A stretch of DNA of 64,000 nt from Candidatus Latescibacterota bacterium (GTDB lineage: Bacteria > Latescibacterota > UBA2968 > UBA8231), in assembly GCA_965243025.1 (NCBI GenBank), contig CBDETY010000003.1, forward strand, positions 1,792,001 to 1,856,000, read 5' to 3'. Each line of letters opens with the position of its first letter. The first letter of the stretch is position 1. Shown here piece by piece: positions 35,767 through 44,007 of this stretch. Both the position numbers and the translations under genes were made by a program. The notes beneath the pieces are model-generated. The model was not told the DNA's origin. It ran no database searches and saw only the letters and a list, made by a program, of their open reading frames with translations.

Positions 35767-37134
35767 ATGACCCGGAAGCAGATCGACACTGCCGCGATAC
35801 GGAAACGCGACCGCGACCACGTCTGGCATCCCCTGTTCCAGCACAGCCAGCTCGAGCAACAGGACCTGATGGTGCTGGACAGGGGAGAGGGCTGTTACCT
35901 CTTCGACAGCGAAGGGCGGCGGTACCTCGACGGATACTCCGGGCTGTGGAACGTGAATGTCGGCTACGGCCGGAATGAGATCGCCGCGGCCGTGCACGAG
36001 CAGCTGCAGCGGCTCTCCTACTATCCGCAGTCCCAGATCAACGAGCCGGCGGCGATGCTTGCAGCCCGCCTGGCGGAGATCCTGCCGGGAGACCTGCGCC
36101 ACGTGTTCTACTCCAACAGCGGCTCGGAGGCGAACGAGACCGCCTTCAAGATCGCCCGGCAGTACGGACGCCAGAAGTTCCCGGGGCAGAATCGCTACAA
36201 GATCATTTCACGATACCAGGGTTATCACGGATTCACCTTCGGGGCGATGTCGGCGACCGGCCAGACGAGCCGGCGCTCGAAGTTCGAACCCCTGGTTCCC
36301 GGATTCCTGCATGTCGACCCCCCTTACTGCTTCCGCTGCCCCCTCAAGCTGACCTACCCCGGCTGCGGTGTAGCCTGTGTCGAGGAGATCGAGGAAGTGA
36401 TCAGACGGGAGGATCCGGAAACCGTGGCGGCAGTGGTCGCCGAACCGGTCATCGGAGGGGGCGGGGTGATCGTGCCCCCGGACGAGTACCTGCCTCGCCT
36501 GCGGGCGATCTGCGACCGCTACGGGGTGCTGCTGATCCTCGACGAGGTGATTACCGGTTTCGGCCGCACCGGAGCGCTCTTCGCGGCCCAGCACTGGGAC
36601 GTGGTACCTGACATGATGACCCTCGCCAAGGGGGTGACCAGCGGCTACCTGCCGCTGGCCGCCTGCGTCGTGCGGCCCCACGTCTTCGAGACCTTTCTCG
36701 GAGAGCCGGGAGAAAGGCGCGAACTTGCCCAGGTATCGACCTATGGAGGCCATCCGGCCTGTTGCGCCGCGGCCCTCGCCAACATCGATATCCTGCTCGG
36801 GGAGCGGTTGAGCGAGAATGCGGAGAAAGTCGGTTCCTATCTGCTCAACAAGCTAGCTGCTCTGAGGTCACCGGTGTTGGGAGAGGTGCGGGGCAAGGGG
36901 TTGATGCTTGCCCTGGAACTTACCGAACCGGACGGAAGGGAACTGCTGAACGCCGGTGCGACCGCTGCGGTGAAAGGCGGGATTCGGGACGCGGGCGTCC
37001 TCGTCGGGCAGATGAGCCACGTGATACCCGCCCCGGAGAGCATCCTGTACCTGGCTCCCCCGCTGATCCTGACCAGGGAAGAGGCGGACGCGATCGTCGA
37101 CGCAGTGACTGCGGGGCTGCGGCGGGCGGCCTGA
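35767..37134 (+). CDS. Class III PLP aminotransferase (omega-amino acid / taurine-pyruvate-like)
   Basis: YLDGYSGLWNVNVGYG, SGSEANE, YHG, DEVITGFGRTG, AKGVTSGY. Confidence 0.9.
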   Translation: MTRKQIDTAAIRKRDRDHVWHPLFQHSQLEQQDLMVLDRGEGCYLFDSEGRRYLDGYSGLWNVNVGYGRNEIAAAVHEQLQRLSYYPQSQINEPAAMLAARLAEILPGDLRHVFYSNSGSEANETAFKIARQYGRQKFPGQNRYKIISRYQGYHGFTFGAMSATGQTSRRSKFEPLVPGFLHVDPPYCFRCPLKLTYPGCGVACVEEIEEVIRREDPETVAAVVAEPVIGGGGVIVPPDEYLPRLRAICDRYGVLLILDEVITGFGRTGALFAAQHWDVVPDMMTLAKGVTSGYLPLAACVVRPHVFETFLGEPGERRELAQVSTYGGHPACCAAALANIDILLGERLSENAEKVGSYLLNKLAALRSPVLGEVRGKGLMLALELTEPDGRELLNAGATAAVKGGIRDAGVLVGQMSHVIPAPESILYLAPPLILTREEADAIVDAVTAGLRRAA

Positions 37135-37146
37135 CCGGGCTGCTTC

Positions 37147-37839
37147 TCAGGCCCTCCCGGTGAGAAGGTTGACGAGCAGGTCGGTGGCCTCCCCGGCGCT
37201 CATGCGGCCGGTGTTGATCGTCAGGTGGTAGAGCAGAAGGTCGTCCCAGTCCGCGTCGTGGTAGTTTCTCAGGTACAGCTTGCGCCAGCGATCGTGCTGT
37301 TCGACCAGCTCCTTCGCCTGGTCGAAGCTGACGTTGCGCGACTGCATCAGGCGCTCGCACCGGACCTCGAGGGGAGCGATGATCTTCACGTGCACGGCGT
37401 TGCCGCGGCCGGACAGGATCAACTGGCTGGCGCGGCCGACGATGACCGCCTTGCCGGCTTCGCCGTAGTCCTGAATCAGGGTGGTTATGAGAAGCTGGTA
37501 AGTACCCCGATCGAGGTAGGCGGCCTGTTCCCCTCCCTCCCTTTCGAGAACGTATGGGAATTCCAGGCCGAACTCGGGGAAATAGGCCGCCGACGAGAGC
37601 GGGAAGCCCCCAGGGCTCATTTCCGGAACGAGCAGACGTTTCAGGAAATAGCGAACCCTCCCCTCCCCCTTCTCGTCGTACTTCTCCACCTCCTCGACCG
37701 AGGTGTCGGTAATGCTGGCAATCTCCTCCACGAGACGGCGATCGACATACTCGTAACCGAGGGCCTTGGCGACGTTCTCGGCGATGCGGTCTCCCTCGCT
37801 GCCGAGCTGACGGGAGACGGTGACTACATCCAATTCCAC
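37147..37839 (-). CDS. Cytidylate kinase-like family protein
   Basis: VTVSRQLGSEG, VIVGRAS, YHLTINTG. The true gene is the last ~230 codons of the 745-aa ORF. Confidence 0.82.
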   Translation of the reverse strand: MELDVVTVSRQLGSEGDRIAENVAKALGYEYVDRRLVEEIASITDTSVEEVEKYDEKGEGRVRYFLKRLLVPEMSPGGFPLSSAAYFPEFGLEFPYVLEREGGEQAAYLDRGTYQLLITTLIQDYGEAGKAVIVGRASQLILSGRGNAVHVKIIAPLEVRCERLMQSRNVSFDQAKELVEQHDRWRKLYLRNYHDADWDDLLLYHLTINTGRMSAGEATDLLVNLLTGRA

Positions 37840-38049
37840 GTCGGATCCGATCCTCTGTTCCGGTCGCTGCCAAACTAACCAATCCACCTGCCCCGGGCAA
37901 CAAACCTCGGGGTTCCCCGCCGGGCCGGGAAAATCGACGTGGAAATAAAACCCGGGAGTGGTTATCTTAAGACGAGAGTTGCAGTTACGGCCTTTCCCAA
38001 GGGATTGTTCTCCGCCTTTGGAAGCCTCCGTTATCCCCCTCAGCAGAAC

Positions 38050-39327
38050 TTGCCCAGAAGCGCCCTCCGCATCCTCGTAGCCGTCCAGAATCCCGCAACG
38101 GAAGAGGCCCTCGTGCGTCTTGCGGCGACCCTCGCGTCGCTGCCGGGGGGCCAGCTTCATTTGACCCATGTCCTGCGGTCGAACGGCACCAGCGAAGCCG
38201 ACCGCAACCGCACTCTGTCGCGCGCGGCAGCATTGGCAAAGGAAGCAGGCGCGGATGCGGAACCCCACCTGCTGAAAGGTGAGGACGTCACCGAGGTCAT
38301 CAAGTCCGCGGCCAGGGGCTGGGAATGCAACATGATGGTCATGGGCTGGTACGGAGACGTGAATCGCCAGGCCGTTCTCTCTTCCGACAACCGGTCGCTG
38401 GCCAAATCCGTCGACCTCGACACGCTGATCTTCAAGGACAAGAGCTTCCGCCCGGCCCGCAGGATCATCGTCCCCACCGGCGGCGGCAGCCACTCCCTGA
38501 TGGGGCTGCAGATCGCCGCCGACCTGGCCCAGGCATGGGGCTCCGAGCTGCGCGTGCTGAGGGTGGCCAGGGACCGTGAATGCCGGCCGCGGGATCCGAT
38601 TCTGGAGCGCTACTGCAGCCAGGTGTACGCGGACACGGCGTTGCGGTTGAAGCTGCTCGGAATCGTTGCGGACATCGACGTCGTCCCTTCCGTCGACATA
38701 GTGGAACCGATCATCGAGCGCACCCGCAAAGAGGACTTCCTCGTTCTCGGGGCTTCCAACGACTGGAGGCAGGAGGAGTTTCTGGCCGGCTCGATTCCGG
38801 ATGAGATCGCCTTTGAATCCCCCTGCTCGGTCCTGATGGTGAGGTCGCGGTCGACCGCAAACAACAGGTTGAGCGGGATCTTTTTCGAAAATACCGTCCG
38901 CCTCCATCTGCAAACCCGGGACAAGTGGGACGCAATCGGACAGATGGTCGACGTCCTCGTTGAGGAGAGACAGATCCCCGCTTCCCAGCGCGACCAGGTT
39001 CTCGCCTCGGCACTGAATCGCGAGCGCAAGAGCAGCACCGCCATGGGGAGGGAGACGGCGATTCCCCATGCGGCGATCGACAACCTCCCCGGCATCATAG
39101 GCGCCCTCGGTATCTGCCGGGAAGGGGTCGACTTCGACGGACCGGACGGAGAGCCGGTGCGCTACATCTTCCTTCTCCTGACTCCACGGCAGAACTACCG
39201 CAGCTACATTCCCGTGCTCGGCCAGATCGCCTCGCTGATGCGGGGGGAGAAAATACGGGAGGAGTTGCTGGCCTGCCGTACCCCCGCCGAACTCACCGGC
39301 CTCCTGAAACGCCGGGAATCCGCTTGA
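38050..39327 (+). CDS. Tandem universal-stress-protein domains fused to a PTS EIIA (Ntr/fructose type) domain; start uncertain
   Basis: RILVAVQNP, RIIVPTGGGSHS, GSIPDEIA...CSVLMVR (USP); ERKSSTAMGRETAIPHA, GVDFDGPDGEPV (EIIA with phospho-His). Confidence 0.82.
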   Translation: MPRSALRILVAVQNPATEEALVRLAATLASLPGGQLHLTHVLRSNGTSEADRNRTLSRAAALAKEAGADAEPHLLKGEDVTEVIKSAARGWECNMMVMGWYGDVNRQAVLSSDNRSLAKSVDLDTLIFKDKSFRPARRIIVPTGGGSHSLMGLQIAADLAQAWGSELRVLRVARDRECRPRDPILERYCSQVYADTALRLKLLGIVADIDVVPSVDIVEPIIERTRKEDFLVLGASNDWRQEEFLAGSIPDEIAFESPCSVLMVRSRSTANNRLSGIFFENTVRLHLQTRDKWDAIGQMVDVLVEERQIPASQRDQVLASALNRERKSSTAMGRETAIPHAAIDNLPGIIGALGICREGVDFDGPDGEPVRYIFLLLTPRQNYRSYIPVLGQIASLMRGEKIREELLACRTPAELTGLLKRRESA

Positions 39328-39392
39328 GAGCCGCTGCATAGAAACTGGCCGGCCTCGGAGCCCAGGCTCCTCAAGCGGTTGCAAAGGCTTTT

Positions 39393-40334
39393 ATCAACCA
39401 GAACTTCAGTTCCCGCCCCGCCGCCGCCGTCGATCTCGGAACCAACACCATTCTGATGGTCGTGGGCAGGAGGCGCTCGCCACGCCCGGACGACATCGAG
39501 ATCCTCGACGACGCCCACGCGATCGCGCGGCTCGGCCAGGGGGTCGATGCCGAGCGCCGCATTCATCCCGAGGCGATCGATCGCGTCTGCGATTGTCTGC
39601 TGCGCTACCGCGAGAGGGCGGCTGGCGCCGGGACGACCTGGATACGGGCATACGGAACCTCGGCGCTGCGCGACGCCACCAACAAGAGAGAGTTCACCGC
39701 TGCGGTGGCCGTCAGAACCGGGGTGGAGCTCGTCGAGCTTTCCGGGGCTGAGGAAGCCCGCCTGACCTTCACGGGGGCGGCCTTCGGACTGGATCTCCCC
39801 GAGCGCTACGGGGTCGTCGACATCGGCGGAGGCTCTACCGAATTTGCGCTCGGAAACCGTGACGGAACGGTGGAAAAATCGGTCTCGGTCGACGTCGGCG
39901 CGGTCCGCGTCAGCGAGCGGTTCTTTCCTTCCCTGCCCCCCTCCCCGCAGCAAGCCGCAGGTGCGAAGGAGATGATTGCCAGTGTCATGGCGGGTCTCTT
40001 CCAAGTCCCCTCGCGGATCCCGGTCGTCGGGGTAGCCGGAACGGTTACGACCCTCGGGGCGCTCGACCGGGGGATCGAGCGCTTCGACTCAGCGGAGCTC
40101 GACGGCCACCTTCTGACGCGTTCCCGCGTGGCCGAGTTGAGCGACATGCTTCTGGGTTCGGGCCTCGATGAGATCCGGGCGTTCCCACAGGTGAGCGAAC
40201 AGCGCGCTGACATAATCACCGCAGGTTCGCTGATACTTCGACGGTTTCTGGAACAGTCCGGCCTGCCCGCGGTCACCGTTTCGACCAAGGGAATCCGGTA
40301 CGGACTGCTGCAGCAGATGCTTGCCGGGGAATAG
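39393..40334 (+). CDS. Ppx/GppA family phosphatase (short form); start uncertain, possibly non-canonical
   Basis: AAVDLGTNT (upstream of the first ATG), RLGQG, GTSALRDATN, EEA, DIGGGSTE, GVAGT, RADII, GIRYG. Confidence 0.88.
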   Translation: MNQNFSSRPAAAVDLGTNTILMVVGRRRSPRPDDIEILDDAHAIARLGQGVDAERRIHPEAIDRVCDCLLRYRERAAGAGTTWIRAYGTSALRDATNKREFTAAVAVRTGVELVELSGAEEARLTFTGAAFGLDLPERYGVVDIGGGSTEFALGNRDGTVEKSVSVDVGAVRVSERFFPSLPPSPQQAAGAKEMIASVMAGLFQVPSRIPVVGVAGTVTTLGALDRGIERFDSAELDGHLLTRSRVAELSDMLLGSGLDEIRAFPQVSEQRADIITAGSLILRRFLEQSGLPAVTVSTKGIRYGLLQQMLAGE

Positions 40335-40402
40335 AAGCGAGAGAGAGGCAGCGCAGATGCGGCCTGGGTGAAGTTGTTCCCCGGAGCGGACCTGGGCGGG
40401 AT

Positions 40403-41665
40403 TTACCTCGACACGGTTGCCCGGTGGTCAATTACCGACAGGTCCCGGCCAGCTGGGCCGGCACCCGGGATCGACGACGTGCCGCCCACCTCGACACCCC
40501 ACCGGTACGAGCGGCCCTTCCAGTCGAAGCGGCCGAGCCCCCCGAACAGACCGACGGCGACGATGTAGAGCGGTTGACTGAGGGTCCAGGGCAGGAACTG
40601 CCAGTGCAGATCCCGACGCTGAAAGACCTGTCTCGAACGCGCGAAAAGCGCTCCCTCTGCGGCGCTCTTCGCCAGCCAGGCAGCGGCCACGGAGAACCAG
40701 CTCGCAGCTCCCCACCAGGCGAGGACCGGAGCGGCCAGAAGCATGGCGCTCATGGCGAAGGTGCAGGCGAGGTAGGCGAAGAAAGGCGGGTCGAGAAGGG
40801 CCTGGAAGGGGGCGTTCGATGCCCAACGGCTGCGCTTCGCGAGAAGTCCTGACAGCGACGAGGAGGGCGGGTGGACAACATGCACGGCTGCATCCCCCGC
40901 AAACAGGATGCGCCACCGCCGCGTTCGCCGGATGAGCTGCATCAGGAGCACGTCGTCGCCCGAACCCCGGTGCATGATGCGGCTGTACCCGCCGACCTCG
41001 TCGAAGGCTGCCTTGCGGAAGCCGAGACTCTGTCCCGATGCCGCCAGCGCCCGCCCGCGGCCGGCGCCGGCAGCAGCGGCTGCCATAAGGTTCAGGAAAT
41101 CGACCGCTTCCCACCCTCCGAGCAGACCCAGCCGGCCGCTGTCGCGCCGTATTCCGGCGTAGCCGATAACCATGCCGACCGCGTCGTCATCGAAACGGCG
41201 CGCCATGGACGCCGCCCAGGTTGGAGGCAGGCGGCAGTCGGCGTCGGTCGTCAGGACGACCTCCCCTTCCGCTTTCTCGACCCCCAGCGACAGGGCTCTC
41301 TTTTTCGATCCGGGGCCGCCGGTAATCCCGTCGGTCCGGAGGATGGTCAGGCGCAGACCGGTGCCGCGAGCGAACTCTTTGGCGATCTTCGCTGTGCCGT
41401 CGCTCGAGCCGTCGTCGACGAGGATCACTTCGAACCATTCGGCGGGAAGCGTCTGACGGGCAAGCCCCCGCAGGCAGGAGGCGATGTGGTCCTCCTCGTT
41501 GCGGGCAGCGATAACGATGGAGATGCGCCGCTCGGGGAGATGGGTCTTTTCCCGGTTTCGGTTGTCCTCCCCGCAATTTGCCAGTCCCTGCCGGAACCAG
41601 AGAACGCCCGCGGCGTAGACGGCCGTGAAACCTGCCAGCGACAGCTCGATGAGAGACGAGTCCAC
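40403..41665 (-). CDS. Membrane-bound glycosyltransferase family 2
   Basis: IAARNEE, VDDGSSD, TDADC, SGDD, KRSRWAS; N- and C-terminal TM helices. Confidence 0.88.
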   Translation of the reverse strand: MDSSLIELSLAGFTAVYAAGVLWFRQGLANCGEDNRNREKTHLPERRISIVIAARNEEDHIASCLRGLARQTLPAEWFEVILVDDGSSDGTAKIAKEFARGTGLRLTILRTDGITGGPGSKKRALSLGVEKAEGEVVLTTDADCRLPPTWAASMARRFDDDAVGMVIGYAGIRRDSGRLGLLGGWEAVDFLNLMAAAAAGAGRGRALAASGQSLGFRKAAFDEVGGYSRIMHRGSGDDVLLMQLIRRTRRWRILFAGDAAVHVVHPPSSSLSGLLAKRSRWASNAPFQALLDPPFFAYLACTFAMSAMLLAAPVLAWWGAASWFSVAAAWLAKSAAEGALFARSRQVFQRRDLHWQFLPWTLSQPLYIVAVGLFGGLGRFDWKGRSYRWGVEVGGTSSIPGAGPAGRDLSVIDHRATVSR

Positions 41666-41679
41666 CGACCGGAGGGGGG

Positions 41680-42849
41680 CTAACCGCGCAGCTCTTTGAC
41701 GAGGGAGAACATGCCGCGGTACCCCTCCGAGCAGTTGCGGCACATGTCGACCGACCTGCGGTCGGCCAGGATTTTTTTCCTGAAATCCATGTACGCCCGT
41801 CCTCGCCAGATGTCGCCGAAGTTTCCGGCGGGATCGAAGCTGTCCCCCATGCCGAAGTCGACGTCCTTGTCGAAGCAGCAGGGAGCCACGGCGCCGTTCC
41901 AGTTCACCATCGACGAATACCACAGGACCTTGCATCCCCTGGCGGGCTGACCCTTGACGAGCAACTCTCCCGAAGGGTCATCCTCGTAGCGCCGGTGGAC
42001 GTCGTTTTCGGGCAGGAACTCCTCCACCTCGTCCGCGGAGTACACCTGTGCGGTTTTGACGAGGAACTTCTCCGCGCCCAACTCACCCGCCAGGCGCTCC
42101 GCCTCGGCGATGTCCCCCTCGTTGTGGCGGAATACGATGAACTGCAGGTTGACCAGAGGGGTTCTCGAACCGAGCTCGGACTTGGCCTGCGCCAACAGGC
42201 GGGCGCCGCGGATGACGTAGTCGAAACGCCCTCCGACGCGGTAACGCTCGTAGGTTTCCTGGTCGACGCCGTCGAGGGAAACGATGATTTCGTCGAGTCC
42301 GGAAGCGACGATCGCCCGCGCCTGCTCGATGTTGCGGATGTAATGGCCGTTGGTGCTCGTCATCGTCGGGATCCGCCGGTCCCGGGCGTAGCGAACCATT
42401 TCGACGAAGCCCTTGTTGATGAACGGTTCTCCCTGGTTCCACAGCATCAGCAGGACCAGGTACTCACCCACGTCGTCGATGAGGCCCTTGAAGTCGTCGA
42501 GATTCATGTGCCCGCGCGCCCGCTTCATCTCGCCGTTGCCGGAAGGGCACAACGGGCACTTCAGGTTACAGAAGTTCGTCGGCTCGACCATCATCATGAA
42601 CGGCCGGCCCCAGACGATGGGACGACCGGCGACCGACGAGAGCCCCATCGAGGCGAGCACCTTGCCCGCGTTCCACAGCCGCTTCCAGGTGAAGGCGTAC
42701 CCGTAGCGTTCGATGTACCTGGGAACCGCCTTGGGGGACAGCAGAAAGGCCAATGGGATCTGTTTTCCGGATCTTGTGGATGGCGGTGCGGGCCGGTCGG
42801 CACGCCTATGAACTCGTCGCCTCCTCCTCTTCCTCCGCTTCATCCTCAC
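41680..42849 (-). CDS. Radical SAM / SPASM(Twitch)-domain protein; start uncertain (alternative TTG at 42753)
   Basis: EPTNFCNLKCPLC, GEPF, STNG, SLDG; C-terminal C...PCCFD...CRNC. Confidence 0.88.
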   Translation of the reverse strand: MRMKRRKRRRRRVHRRADRPAPPSTRSGKQIPLAFLLSPKAVPRYIERYGYAFTWKRLWNAGKVLASMGLSSVAGRPIVWGRPFMMMVEPTNFCNLKCPLCPSGNGEMKRARGHMNLDDFKGLIDDVGEYLVLLMLWNQGEPFINKGFVEMVRYARDRRIPTMTSTNGHYIRNIEQARAIVASGLDEIIVSLDGVDQETYERYRVGGRFDYVIRGARLLAQAKSELGSRTPLVNLQFIVFRHNEGDIAEAERLAGELGAEKFLVKTAQVYSADEVEEFLPENDVHRRYEDDPSGELLVKGQPARGCKVLWYSSMVNWNGAVAPCCFDKDVDFGMGDSFDPAGNFGDIWRGRAYMDFRKKILADRRSVDMCRNCSEGYRGMFSLVKELRG

Positions 42850-43951
42850 GCCAGCGGAACCAGCCCGCGGTGCCGGCCGGCACGAACAGCAGGACGTACG
42901 GAATATAGAGAAATTCGAGAATCGGCAGGAATGGGATCAGCCTGCGGTCTTCGGAGGCCGGGGCAAAGCTCTGCAACAGGAGGTAATCGATCAGCCAGCG
43001 GAATCCCCAGACCGCTGGAAAAGCGGGCGGCACCTTTTCGAACAGGAAAGTCTGCACCACCCCCCACAGCAGAGTGAGGTGAAAGAGGTAGACCGCCGCC
43101 CCCAACAGCTTCGCCGCGCCTCGATAATGCCCCGCCTTGGAGGCGTGGCGCAGTTTCTGGTGCATCAGACCGGACCAGGATTCAGGCCCCGGACCGCACG
43201 CGACCACGGCCGCCGGATCGCGGCAGTACACCATTCGCCAGTCGGTGGCCCGGGCCACCAGCCGGGCGAAGTAGACGTCGTCCCCGGCGACGAGGTGGCC
43301 GATGGAGGCGTACCCTCCGGCCTCGTCGTACAGGCGCCGCCTGTAGGCGAGATTCCTGCCTGTACAGGAAAGCACCGCGCCATTGCCGATGCTTCCGGCC
43401 GCGAGTGCGCTGACCGCGAGGTTGTCCAGGGCGAGTACCCGGTGCCGCAGCCACCTCGTCCTGCGCGGTCTCGCGTATCCTGCAACAAGCCCGACCCCGT
43501 CGGTGAACAGCGAGGCGGTAATTCGCACCCATGCAGGGGGCGGCTCGCAGTCGGCGTCGGTGAACATCAGCAACTCCCCGGAGCTGGCGGCAATGCCCCG
43601 GGCCAGGGCGCTCTTCTTCGGGCACTCGAACTCCCCTTCCCCCTCCCCTAACGGCACCGGCTTGAGGGCCGGCCACCCGGCCGCGATCTCCCGCAGGATT
43701 TGCCCGGTCCGGTCGCTGGAACGGTCGTCCACCACAACGACTTCGATCTCTCCGGCATACTCCTGGAGCTGAAGCGCCCGCAGGCAGGTGGAGATCGAGG
43801 CTTCCTCGTTGCGGGCGGCAATGATCACGCTGACGTCGGGAGTGGTTCCGGAGACAGTCGGGGCGACTCGTCGAAGCCCCGAGACCAGCCATACGACCGC
43901 GGCGACATACCCGCATCCGAGGAGTATCATCAGCGCCTGAAGCTCAAGCAT
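42806..43951 (-). CDS. Membrane-bound glycosyltransferase family 2
   Basis: IAARNEE, VDDRSSD, TDADC, AGDD, QKLRHAS; TM helices at both ends. Confidence 0.88.
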   Translation of the reverse strand: MLELQALMILLGCGYVAAVVWLVSGLRRVAPTVSGTTPDVSVIIAARNEEASISTCLRALQLQEYAGEIEVVVVDDRSSDRTGQILREIAAGWPALKPVPLGEGEGEFECPKKSALARGIAASSGELLMFTDADCEPPPAWVRITASLFTDGVGLVAGYARPRRTRWLRHRVLALDNLAVSALAAGSIGNGAVLSCTGRNLAYRRRLYDEAGGYASIGHLVAGDDVYFARLVARATDWRMVYCRDPAAVVACGPGPESWSGLMHQKLRHASKAGHYRGAAKLLGAAVYLFHLTLLWGVVQTFLFEKVPPAFPAVWGFRWLIDYLLLQSFAPASEDRRLIPFLPILEFLYIPYVLLFVPAGTAGWFRWREDEAEEEEEATSS

Positions 43952-44007
43952 CGATCAGGAGGGTCGTTGGGAGGGAAAGGGCTTCAGGGGCAGGACCGCC
44001 CTGGAGG

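Noticed and set aside
37840-39384. Apparent 745-aa protein ending in a cytidylate-kinase-like domain
   Set aside because: The first ~515 codons are antisense to the USP-EIIA gene; only 37147-37839 looks coding.
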